A stretch of DNA of 37,021 nt from a virus: the UHGV virus genome UHGV-0052423; one strand, given 5' to 3'. The position numbers were made by a program, and so were the translations under genes. Below, in pieces: positions 28,180-36,347 of the stretch; position 1 is the first letter of the stretch, and each line of letters begins with the position of its first letter. The notes under the pieces are model-generated. The model had not been told where the DNA came from. It was given only the letters and a program-made list of their open reading frames with translations, and made no database searches.

Positions 28180-28440
28180 GCTATGGAAACAATTATTTCA
28201 GCCTGCATCTCAGCAGGCGTAACGCTAGTGATTTGTCTACTGAACAATCACGGACAGCAGGAAAAGACAAGAGCTCTTATGGAATACAAGTTGGATGAGC
28301 TGACAAAAAGAGTAGATAAGCACAACAATGTAGTTGAGCGAACATACAGTATTGAAAAGAGACTTTCTGTTCAGGAGGAACAGATCAGAGTAGCAAACCA
28401 TAGAATTAGTGATTTGGAGGGAATTGAACATGAACATTGA
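28180..28440 (+). CDS. lysis-associated small membrane protein (N-terminal TM + coiled coil; XhlA-like by position)
   Basis: 'METIISACISAGVTLVICLL' TM then a heptad-rich region; precedes the holin. Confidence 0.4.
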   Translation, partial: AMETIISACISAGVTLVICLLNNHGQQEKTRALMEYKLDELTKRVDKHNNVVERTYSIEKRLSVQEEQIRVANHRISDLEGIEHEH

Positions 28441-28753
28441 AACATTAATGCAGTACATGAGTTACATTTTGGCAGGAATCGGAGTGCTGGCTTTCTTGGT
28501 CAGCGTGATCGTGCAGACAATCAAGGAGATGCCGGCACTGAAGAAGGTACAGACGAATGTTGTGGCACTGATTACATCTCTGATCCTGACACCAGTAGCA
28601 GTAATCGTCTTGTGTACTTATTATCAGATAGTAATTGAGTGGTATTACATTTTTGCATCATTCATTGCTGCATTCATCGTCTATTTAGTGAGTACTGGTG
28701 GCTGGGAGAGAGTGACAGAGATGTGGAACAGAAACGCATATAAGAAAAAGTAG
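28430..28753 (+). CDS. holin
   Basis: 107 aa; RBS ggaggg before ATG 28430; 3 hydrophobic helices and a charged C-terminus (KKK); directly upstream of the endolysin. Confidence 0.55.
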   Translation: MNIETLMQYMSYILAGIGVLAFLVSVIVQTIKEMPALKKVQTNVVALITSLILTPVAVIVLCTYYQIVIEWYYIFASFIAAFIVYLVSTGGWERVTEMWNRNAYKKK

Positions 28754-28783
28754 AATTGCACCAGTGCAAGAAAGGAGAATATT

Positions 28784-28960
28784 ATGACAGAACAGACGGT
28801 AAAAGAAATTATTAAGAGTTTCGCCTACGGACTTTCAGCAAAGGAAATCTCTGATAACGAAGGGACTTCACTGGAAACTATGGAGAAATTTGCAGAGGAA
28901 CACGCAGCGGAGATTGAGCAGAAGAAAGCAGAACTGAAAGAAGGTGGATGGTATGAGTAA
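28784..28960 (+). CDS. small acidic 58-aa ORF (MTEQTVKEIIKSFAYGLSAKEISDNEG...GGWYE), not in the supplied track
   Basis: Good RBS aaaggagaatattATG; in-frame to TAA 28958-28960. Confidence 0.3.
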   Translation: MTEQTVKEIIKSFAYGLSAKEISDNEGTSLETMEKFAEEHAAEIEQKKAELKEGGWYE

Positions 28961-30023
28961 TCTGATTATTGACGTATCTTATCATAATGGAGTTATCAAC
29001 TGGGAAAGAGTCAAGGCGTCAGGTTGTGCCGGAGCTATTCTTAGATGTGGTTACGGAGACGATATCGCATCACAGGATGATAAACAGTGGATCCGCAACC
29101 TTGCAGAGTGCGAAAGACTTGGAATCCCGGTAGGAGTCTATCTGTACAGCTACGCAACTTGTGACAGACAGGCACAGAGCGAGCTTGCTCACATTTTAAG
29201 ACTGATTAAAGGTCATACCTTCCAGTTACCTATCTTCATTGATGTTGAGGAACCAGGCACACAGGGATACGCACCTAAATGCTGTGAGATTGTCTGCGAA
29301 GGACTTAAAGCAGCTGGATATACTCCGGGAATCTACGCGTCACTGAGTTGGTTCAACAACTATCTCGGCAATGTACGTGGAAAATATGTTGAGTGGATGG
29401 CAAGATACAAGAATCTTCCGGAGGATACTTACAATGGTCAGTATGCGATTTGGCAGTATTCTTCTGATGGACAGGTAGATGGAGTTAGTGGAAGAGTTGA
29501 TGTCAACCATTGCTATATTGAGTTTGGAGGAAGCGTTCAGCCTGTCACACCTTCTGTCAAGCCAGCACCAGCTGAAAAGAAAGATTTAGGACAGGTCGAT
29601 ATCACATATCAGGCTTTCACAGATAAGTGGTGGCCGGCAGTAACAAACAAAGCGGACTGGGCTGGCAAAAGTGATGATGTTCCAATCAAGTGGCTTGCCA
29701 TCAAGGTAAGCAAGGGAAGTATCCGGGCGCGTGTCTATACACAGGCTAACGGATGGCTTCCATATCTGACATTCGGCAACAGCTATGATCTAAACGACAA
29801 GAAGAATGGAATCCTCGGAGACGGTTCAGAGATTCTCGCAGTTGAACTGTACTACATTACACCGGAAGGATATGAGTACCAGATGGTTCACTATAGAGTT
29901 TCTGTCCGGAATAACAAGAACTTCTACGCAGATCAGGTCGATACACTGAAAGCAAGTGGCATGGACGGATTTGCCGGAGATAAGAAGAGATTCATTGACA
30001 AGTTCCAGGCTTGGGTTGAATAA
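28953..30023 (+). CDS. endolysin: GH25 muramidase catalytic domain + C-terminal cell-wall-binding domain
   Basis: 'IIDVSYHNGVINWERVKASGCAGAILRCGYG...GVYLYSYA' is a GH25 signature; RBS aaggtgg before ATG 28953. Confidence 0.8.
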   Translation: MSNLIIDVSYHNGVINWERVKASGCAGAILRCGYGDDIASQDDKQWIRNLAECERLGIPVGVYLYSYATCDRQAQSELAHILRLIKGHTFQLPIFIDVEEPGTQGYAPKCCEIVCEGLKAAGYTPGIYASLSWFNNYLGNVRGKYVEWMARYKNLPEDTYNGQYAIWQYSSDGQVDGVSGRVDVNHCYIEFGGSVQPVTPSVKPAPAEKKDLGQVDITYQAFTDKWWPAVTNKADWAGKSDDVPIKWLAIKVSKGSIRARVYTQANGWLPYLTFGNSYDLNDKKNGILGDGSEILAVELYYITPEGYEYQMVHYRVSVRNNKNFYADQVDTLKASGMDGFAGDKKRFIDKFQAWVE

Positions 30024-30107
30024 TTGAAAAATGAACCATACCGTGCTATACTTAACTTGTTCAGGGAAAAGCATAACTGGCCGAAGCGATCATTATGGTT
30101 TCGGATA

Positions 30108-30145
30108 GATCCCCCGGAGTAAATGACTCCGGGGGATTGAATATT
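30108..30145. terminator. rho-independent terminator between convergent endolysin and integrase genes
   Basis: 11-bp perfect stem atcccccggag/ctccgggggat, loop taaatga, then a T-rich tract. Confidence 0.6.
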
Positions 30146-30274
30146 GTATCATCTATTTTATATAGTATTTTGATAGAAGAAAAAACGAGTTTCTTCATAT
30201 TATTATGTAATTCATTTCCAAAAGAATTGGGATAAAGAATAATCCCGTTTCTTTTGGAAATAACGAAAAACCCT

Positions 30275-31825
30275 TTATTTGCGCGGAATTCTGGGCTTTA
30301 TGGTCAATTCAAAGTTAGGCTCATTCAGATGACCGCGCTTATTTTTCGTTAATTTCTTGTATTCTATAGATTCTATGAGTAATTTCAACAATCTGTTGCG
30401 TTCCGGAATAGATAAATCCCAATAACAGGAAAGCAGATCTTCACAAGCTGGCAGGAACTGTTCTATATTGGCTTCTCTTTGGCGTTCCTTGTCAAGTTCG
30501 AGTTTCAGCTGGGCAACGTTTGATTCAGCTTCAGAAATTCGGTTTTGTAAACTGTCAGATCGCTCAAGAAAGACTTCTGTCGAGTAGACACCTTGTTCAA
30601 GCAGATCATACATGGTTCCCTTTTGCCGTAGAAGTTGATCGAGTGTCTGTTGAGCTGATTCCAAAAGAACTTCTTTTTCCGGAATAAGACTCTTGCTTGG
30701 CATCTGACCACTCAGACGATATCCTTCAACCCAGTCAGAAAGCGCGTTATAAACTTCTCGTTCAACAAGATCCAAAGGGCTGCCAATGGTAGGACAATCA
30801 TATGTACTGCACAACATCAGATCATAAGGAACACGACTTGCAGTTCCGGAAGGCGGCCGGCGAATCATTTTCTTTTTGCACTCACTACAGACAATGATTC
30901 CGGCAAGCGGATTTTTGATAATGTTAGAACCGGCAGGCTTTGGGGATCCACAGCCAAGATAACTCTGAGCTTCTGCAAATACATCGTGATCGATTAAGCG
31001 CGGATGCCGACCGGAAACAATGGTATAGTCACTGGTTCTCGGACGTGTGGTTGTGAGAACACCATTTTCAACCGTTCTGACCACTTTTCGTTCGCCGATC
31101 TTAACGCATTGATCGTATACAACATTAGAGAGGATTCCACGGACTGTGCTCTCACTCCAAAGTTTGGAATTACGCGGCTTTGTACCGTAACTGTTTAAAG
31201 TACGAGTGATCGACCGGATACCGACACGTTCCGGACCGGTAAACATAGAAAAGATAAGCCGCACAACAGGAGCCTCGTTTTCATCAAAAGCAAGAGTCCA
31301 TCCCTTCTCTTTTTCAAGTTTCGTTCTCCGGAAACCGTATGGTGCGGAGTTATATGGCCACTTTCCCTCAGAGATAGCGGCATAACGCCCATTCTGCATC
31401 CTGCGCTTGATTGTCTTATATTCACGCCGACTCATGAATAATCCAAACTCAAAATACTCTTCATCGAATTCATTGGCCGGATCATAGGTTTTGGAAGGAG
31501 TGATGATTAGTGTGTTGGAATACTGGAAAGCTCTCTGTACAACTCCCTGATCGATCGTATCGCCACGAGCAAGACGTTCCACTTCCATAACAAGCACACC
31601 GTCCCAAAGGTTTTGCTCTACCTCGTGAAGTAACTGTTGCATAACAGGACGTGCAGCTATAGTTTCTCCAGACACAACTTCTCGATAAATATTGCTAATA
31701 ATAAGGTTGTTTTTCTTAGCAAGAGAGAGAAGTGCACGTTCGTGTCTGGCAAGAGTTTCCCCTTCACCATGCTGCTCGGCTTCAAGATCCTTTCTCGATT
31801 TCCTTAAATAAATACAATATGACAT
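30275..31825 (-). CDS. int: large serine recombinase (phage integrase)
   Basis: N-terminal resolvase domain ('IYLRKSRKD...VLVMEVERLARG'), recombinase domain, zinc ribbon (CSECKKK), C-terminal coiled coil. RBS ggaggtg before ATG at 31825. Confidence 0.85.
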   Translation of the reverse strand: MSYCIYLRKSRKDLEAEQHGEGETLARHERALLSLAKKNNLIISNIYREVVSGETIAARPVMQQLLHEVEQNLWDGVLVMEVERLARGDTIDQGVVQRAFQYSNTLIITPSKTYDPANEFDEEYFEFGLFMSRREYKTIKRRMQNGRYAAISEGKWPYNSAPYGFRRTKLEKEKGWTLAFDENEAPVVRLIFSMFTGPERVGIRSITRTLNSYGTKPRNSKLWSESTVRGILSNVVYDQCVKIGERKVVRTVENGVLTTTRPRTSDYTIVSGRHPRLIDHDVFAEAQSYLGCGSPKPAGSNIIKNPLAGIIVCSECKKKMIRRPPSGTASRVPYDLMLCSTYDCPTIGSPLDLVEREVYNALSDWVEGYRLSGQMPSKSLIPEKEVLLESAQQTLDQLLRQKGTMYDLLEQGVYSTEVFLERSDSLQNRISEAESNVAQLKLELDKERQREANIEQFLPACEDLLSCYWDLSIPERNRLLKLLIESIEYKKLTKNKRGHLNEPNFELTIKPRIPRK

Positions 31826-31879
31826 GATATCACCTCCGTATATATTATGTAAAAAAGTACAAAAATAACAGTCATACAT

Positions 31880-32020
31880 AGAACGTAAGTTCTGATTGTG
31901 CGACTGCGCCGAAGATGATACAATATTCTTTGGTAAGACAGTATCTCTTCGGAGTTACTAAAGCACATTGGCGTGTGCTTCCCCAGTTGACCGTTCCTGT
32001 TGGCGCAGGAGCGGTTTTTA
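31880..32020. other. candidate attachment-site (attP/att junction) region upstream of int
   Basis: Non-coding. Imperfect palindrome gcaca-N6-tgtgc (31963-31978). + strand hairpin ccgttcctg/caggagcgg + TTTTTATTT (31991-32023). Confidence 0.25.
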
Positions 32021-32021
32021 T

Positions 32022-32639
32022 TTAAGATATAAAGCCATCATCTTTCATCTGGAATATCTTTTTGTGTAGTGTTATCGTTGTCTTGAAACTTCTGGCCATC
32101 AAGAAGAACAGAGCTCCGAATATAATAAAGAAAGCACCGATTCCGACAGACGTTGAGAGTCCGGCAAGTCCGAAAGCCAGTAAGACAACTGACATGATCA
32201 TGGCGATTACACGGCACAATGAGAATGTAGAAATTTTTGTGCGTTTTCCATTTGCTTTTATGATTGAATCTCTGTCCTGATCAAGTACACATCCAGTTTG
32301 AACAAGCGAAATGTATTTTTTCTTCTCACTTGATGTCAGCACTTTCTCAAGCTTAGATGGAATCCGTACCTCAGGGATTTCTGCGGCAGATCCACTGAAA
32401 GAACTGTTGGAAGATGAACGCGATCCATTTCCACCGATCCCACGATATACATCACCGACTCCAAAGGTTGTCTTGTTATAGACTTTATTGTATGCTGCCT
32501 TCTTCGGATCCTTTATCCATCCGACACCTTTCTGTCCGTATCTAGGAGACACGGATTTCTTAACAGCTCTTTTTACTTTTCCAGTTGTCTGAGCCTTAAC
32601 ACTTTTCTTCAAGCTCGGCGTTCTCATTCCTACTTTCAT
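32022..32639 (-). CDS. membrane protein with very basic N-terminal region and two C-terminal TM helices
   Basis: RBS aaggtga before ATG 32639; overlaps the 3' end of the channel gene by 44 nt (likely translational coupling). Confidence 0.45.
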   Translation of the reverse strand: MKVGMRTPSLKKSVKAQTTGKVKRAVKKSVSPRYGQKGVGWIKDPKKAAYNKVYNKTTFGVGDVYRGIGGNGSRSSSNSSFSGSAAEIPEVRIPSKLEKVLTSSEKKKYISLVQTGCVLDQDRDSIIKANGKRTKISTFSLCRVIAMIMSVVLLAFGLAGLSTSVGIGAFFIIFGALFFLMARSFKTTITLHKKIFQMKDDGFIS

Positions 32640-33402
32640 CGTTATCACCTTTTCCTTCATGTAGGCACTGCAGAGTTTTGCAGATTGCCTGAATATCATC
32701 GTCTGACAGTTCATCAAAGTTGTTCAGCTGGCTCTGTATCGAGCTGATCAGAATATCTTTTGCGGTAGATTTTTCTTTGTCAGTTGTCTTTTGAAAGAAA
32801 ACTGCTGTGATTGTGCTAGTCAGAGAACCGATTAGACCGATTCCAACAAGCATCAGAACAGTTGCTATGATTCTTCCCGGAATTGTTGATGGTGAGATAT
32901 CTCCATATCCAACAGTTGTCGCTGTAACAAAACTCCACCAAAAGCCATCTGAAAAGCTCATTCCTTCCGCATAATGGATGGATATTCCACCGATTGCAAT
33001 ACAGATCAGCGTTGCTCCGACCATATACTTAAATCCATTCAAGTCAAAGAAGAACTTTATATGCTTGTAGAGCCTTGCAAATCGTGCGGACGCTTTTGCT
33101 AGCTTCAAGAGTTTTAGCATCTTGAATACTTTGAATACCCTGAAAACTTTGAACAAAGAGTTGAACGGAATAATTGCAATCAGATCCAGTATGTTATTCC
33201 GAAAAAACTCTTTTTTATTTTTAGCAATCAGCAATCGTAACGCATAGTCTACAATAAATATTGTGTTGATCGCAAAGTCAATGTCGCGCTGAATTGCAGA
33301 ACATCCAGTTGTCATGTCATAGATTGCAAAGTAGACAGCTACGATTGCAAGTACGCTGAAAAGGAGATCATACAGAACAGAAAGTCGTTCTTTGTGTTTC
33401 AT
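32596..33402 (-). CDS. voltage-gated-type potassium channel homologue
   Basis: Selectivity filter 'TATTVGYGD'; S4-like segment with R/K at every third position ('FKVFRVFKVFKMLKLLKLAKASARFARL'); S5/S6 helices; RBS aggaga 9 nt before ATG 33402. Confidence 0.75.
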   Translation of the reverse strand: MKHKERLSVLYDLLFSVLAIVAVYFAIYDMTTGCSAIQRDIDFAINTIFIVDYALRLLIAKNKKEFFRNNILDLIAIIPFNSLFKVFRVFKVFKMLKLLKLAKASARFARLYKHIKFFFDLNGFKYMVGATLICIAIGGISIHYAEGMSFSDGFWWSFVTATTVGYGDISPSTIPGRIIATVLMLVGIGLIGSLTSTITAVFFQKTTDKEKSTAKDILISSIQSQLNNFDELSDDDIQAICKTLQCLHEGKGDNDESRNENAELEEKC

Positions 33403-33559
33403 AAAACAAATTCTCCTGATTTCATTTAATATAATAAGCACCCCATCTCTATGCAAGAACAAATGTTCGATAAAACCATTGATTTCTAAATACAAATGTC
33501 GTATGATGAAATCAAGGAATTTCGAAGAGTGTTCTTGCTGGGAACGGAGGGACTACATA

Positions 33560-33682
33560 ATGAGCAATGTATCTAAACAACTTATCATAGGAATGGTGAA
33601 GAAAATTGACGATTCAGATGAAAAATTTCTTCGCCAGCTCTACACCATCTTAAAAAGACATTTAGAAAGAAGGAAGCATTAG
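33560..33682 (+). CDS. small 40-aa ORF (MSNVSKQLIIGMVKKIDDSDEKFLRQLYTILKRHLERRKH)
   Basis: RBS ggaacggaggg before the ATG; convergent with cI. Confidence 0.2.
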   Translation: MSNVSKQLIIGMVKKIDDSDEKFLRQLYTILKRHLERRKH

Positions 33683-34065
33683 CTTCCTTTTTTTATGTTC
33701 TCTCGCAACTTGGCACTGAAATCACGGATTACTTCCTTTGATTTAGGAGACAATTCATGATATGTGTGCATGATTTCCTTAATCAACTTATATAAATCAT
33801 TATCACTGTCTTCCAGCAATTCAGATACATAAGCAGCTTCTTCATCTTCTTCAGGAAGCTCCAAGAACATATCGCCAGCTCCAGATCGGAGCCATTCTTC
33901 ATTTACATTAAATGTTTTACAGATCAATGAAATTACAGCATCAATAGGCTCGTTTCTTCCTATTTCATAATTGGCTACAGCACCTCTTTTTATATTGAGA
34001 GCGTCAGCAAACTCCTGCTGTGTTAATTTTAGATTTTTCCGGAGTTCTTTTATACGTTCGTTCAT
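33679..34065 (-). CDS. cI-like XRE-family repressor
   Basis: 'LKLTQQEFADALNIKRGAVANYEIGRNEPIDAVISLICKTFNVNEEWL' is an HTH_XRE; divergent from the early operon; RBS gggaggtg. Confidence 0.75.
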   Translation of the reverse strand: MNERIKELRKNLKLTQQEFADALNIKRGAVANYEIGRNEPIDAVISLICKTFNVNEEWLRSGAGDMFLELPEEDEEAAYVSELLEDSDNDLYKLIKEIMHTYHELSPKSKEVIRDFSAKLRENIKKGS

Positions 34066-34127
34066 GTTGCACCTCCCTTCGCTATGACTTTATCATATCA
34101 CAACAAAGCATATATATCAAGATAAAA

Positions 34128-34142
34128 ATGCAACAATGTTGC
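34128..34142. promoter_or_regulatory. palindromic operator candidate tgcaaca-a-tgttgca
   Basis: Perfect 7-1-7 palindrome. Related half-sites (TTGCAAC/TTGCAAG) recur at 34160 and 34181, overlapping the early promoter. Confidence 0.4.
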
Positions 34143-34152
34143 AAAAACAGTA

Positions 34153-34181
34153 TTGACATTTGCAAGCATGTGACATATAAT
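34153..34181 (+). promoter_or_regulatory. early rightward promoter: TTGACA-17 bp-TATAAT
   Basis: Exact consensus -35 (34153-34158), 17-nt spacer, exact -10 (34176-34181), ~35 nt upstream of the first early gene. Confidence 0.55.
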
Positions 34182-34216
34182 TGCAACATAAGCACAAAAC
34201 AAGTGAGGTGAATAAC

Positions 34217-34369
34217 ATGAGTGAAGAACAGAAAAGATTAATTGAAGAAACTGTAGAGAACCTAAAGCATTTAGACAAAGAAAGCCTCCTGGTAGTAAAG
34301 GGAAGCGTAGAAGTGCTCAAGGCAAGAGATGCAATGGAGAAAGATGGTTCAGAGAAGAAAGTGGGGTGA
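34217..34369 (+). CDS. small early protein (50 aa, cro-position)
   Basis: RBS gtgaggtg before ATG 34217. Confidence 0.4.
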   Translation: MSEEQKRLIEETVENLKHLDKESLLVVKGSVEVLKARDAMEKDGSEKKVG

Positions 34370-34376
34370 GAAGAGA

Positions 34377-34547
34377 ATGCTTGTAAAGGTCAAGGGAAAA
34401 GAGCAGAGCATTAAAGATCTGGAAGAAGTTATTAACTTATTAGAAGAAGCAAAAAGAATTCTGTATCGAATTCCTACACAGATAGAAATTGAAGTGAAAG
34501 AACACGATACAGAATTAAGTTCTATTGATTCTCAAGATACTCAATAA
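34377..34547 (+). CDS. small early protein (56 aa)
   Basis: RBS ggggtgag before the ATG. Confidence 0.35.
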   Translation: MLVKVKGKEQSIKDLEEVINLLEEAKRILYRIPTQIEIEVKEHDTELSSIDSQDTQ

Positions 34548-34707
34548 TACTCGATAACACATAGGAGGTTTGTTGTGCTATTGAGTCGAGAAGATACTTT
34601 GTGTCGGTGTCTACATCAGAACCACTAATCTTATCCTGAATAGAAGCCATACACTCAGTGTAAACTTCTTTGACTTGAGAAATATCTGTAATTTGCTTCA
34701 AATTCAT
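34522..34707 (-). CDS. possible small antisense-strand protein (61 aa)
   Basis: ORF with a weak RBS (aaggagc, short spacing). Confidence 0.2.
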   Translation of the reverse strand: MNLKQITDISQVKEVYTECMASIQDKISGSDVDTDTKYLLDSIAQQTSYVLSSIIEYLENQ

Positions 34708-34824
34708 AGCTCCTTTCTTTCATACTCGGCATGGCAGTGCCTGTAAGAAAAGTATAGGAGAAGAAATAGAAAATAGCAACAAGTACAAACCGTAACACAT
34801 AAACTTTTCTAGGAGGTGATGCAG

Positions 34825-34983
34825 GTGATCGTAGAGATCAAAAAGACAGAAAGCGGATGCACATATAAATTCGATGATTCAGCTTATCTGGGGAAAAGCG
34901 AAAAAGAGCATGAAAAAGTGATCAATGATGTATCAACTATCATAAACGAGCATCTGAGATCAAGAAAGGATAAAACCGCTTAG
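34825..34983 (+). CDS. small ORF (52 aa, GTG start) not in the track
   Basis: RBS aggagg 8 nt upstream of the GTG. Confidence 0.25.
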   Translation: MIVEIKKTESGCTYKFDDSAYLGKSEKEHEKVINDVSTIINEHLRSRKDKTA

Positions 34984-35106
34984 GCGGTGGAAAGGGACAA
35001 GCATGGAGGATTGTTGTTACTGTCAACACAGAAACAGTTGTATGGAACGCAGCCGCTGTTATCCGTGCACATCATACAAAAAAGGAAGAAGGGAGAAAGA
35101 CCACAT

Positions 35107-35424
35107 ATGGATTATCAGATGGACGAAAACACAGGAACTGGGATGCTGCTCTGGGACATGGGAAGAGGCGAACGAGTACGCCAGGAAGAAGAACAAAGGA
35201 GAATACATCATATTAGAATGAGCCTTTGGAGGATAAGGTTTATCACAGGCGTTGGAATGCTTGTTGGACTCTTCTATGCTTCCGGAGCAGCAATTACATA
35301 TTCCATATCGGTCAAAGCACCGGAGTCAACGCTGGAGCGCGTCCTGATCGGACTGGCTGTATCAGCAAGCTTCTACGCGCTGAATTCGATCGCAAGGACG
35401 CTGGAAAAACAGATAAAAAAATAA
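35107..35424 (+). CDS. small membrane protein (2 predicted TM helices)
   Basis: RBS gaagggag; hydrophobic segments 'FITGVGMLVGLFYASGAAI', 'VLIGLAVSASFYALNSIA'. The overlapping alternative-frame Cys-rich ORF 35003-35221 cannot be excluded. Confidence 0.3.
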   Translation: MDYQMDENTGTGMLLWDMGRGERVRQEEEQRRIHHIRMSLWRIRFITGVGMLVGLFYASGAAITYSISVKAPESTLERVLIGLAVSASFYALNSIARTLEKQIKK

Positions 35425-35471
35425 CACTTCCGGAGGTAACGGAAGTGTTGAATGCAAGACTTTTGTCTCGC

Positions 35472-35569
35472 AGATATTAAAGACATTATTATCTTAACAT
35501 CTGTGGGGCAGAAAGTCAAGAAAAATGGGGGTTCTGCCCCATTTTAATACTCGATTAAGATATTAAAGA
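35472..35569. repeat. direct repeats agatattaaaga (35472-35483, 35558-35569) flanking a 9-bp-stem hairpin ggggcagaa/ttctgcccc (35505-35540)
   Basis: Read directly; located immediately upstream of the Rep gene. Confidence 0.45.
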
Positions 35570-35581
35570 TAGAGGTATACG

Positions 35582-36343
35582 ATGGCAACGAAGAGAGTAA
35601 CACACACCTTCCGGAAAGGAGACATCCTGGAGGTGAAGGAATACCATGATGGCAGGTATGGAGCAAGGGGACTGCCAAGAGAAAAGAAGAGAAAGCCTAC
35701 ACCGGAGCAGATGGCAGTAGTGAATGCTATGAATAAGGCAGAGACAGCCAGACACAGATTGTTGGAGTACTTTGGAAAGGGGGACTACTTCCTGACGTTG
35801 ACGTACAGAGTCGAGGCAAGACCTCCGGACATGGCGAAAGCAAAGAAGGATTTCACGAATCTGATAAGCAAGCTAAGGACAAGATACAAGAAAGAACAGA
35901 TCGAATTGCGCTGGATCCGGAACATTGAGAAAGGGACCAAGGGAGCATGGCACGTTCACATGGTAATCACAGGATGCCGGGATACGATCCGCTGGGTAGA
36001 GGAATGTTGGCCACACGGTGGAATCTATGCAGAACAACTGGAGAAAAGCAAATACTACGAAGAGGATTTCTCACAGCTCGCATCCTACATCACCAAAAAC
36101 GAGAAGGTGGGAGAAAAGAGGGAGGATGGAAAGAGGGACAAGCCAAGACTCAGCGAATCCAGTTACAGCACTTCGCGGAACATGCCGCTGAAACCACCAA
36201 AGAAGAAAAAACTGGCAAGATGGCCAAAAGAGATCAAACAAAAGAACGGCTATTACATTGCCAAGAGCTATGAAGGAATCAATCCGGCCACTGGGTTCAA
36301 GTACCGGAGATACACATTGATCCGGTTGAACAGGAGGATTTGA
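35582..36343 (+). CDS. HUH-superfamily rolling-circle replication initiator (Rep)
   Basis: Motif I 'FLTLTY', motif II 'WHVHMVI' (HUH), motif III 'YITKNEK' (YxxK) in canonical order; RBS agaggt. Confidence 0.65.
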   Translation: MATKRVTHTFRKGDILEVKEYHDGRYGARGLPREKKRKPTPEQMAVVNAMNKAETARHRLLEYFGKGDYFLTLTYRVEARPPDMAKAKKDFTNLISKLRTRYKKEQIELRWIRNIEKGTKGAWHVHMVITGCRDTIRWVEECWPHGGIYAEQLEKSKYYEEDFSQLASYITKNEKVGEKREDGKRDKPRLSESSYSTSRNMPLKPPKKKKLARWPKEIKQKNGYYIAKSYEGINPATGFKYRRYTLIRLNRRI

Positions 36344-36347
36344 AGAC

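Noticed and set aside
35226-35480. 84-aa + strand ORF overlapping the small membrane-protein ORF in another frame
   Set aside because: Less protein-like composition (many Arg/Cys/Trp). No RBS. Only one of the overlapping frames is likely real.
35947-36273. 108-aa + strand ORF in an alternative frame inside the Rep gene
   Set aside because: Fully embedded in Rep, which has conserved HUH motifs. R/K/E-rich frame-shift artefact.
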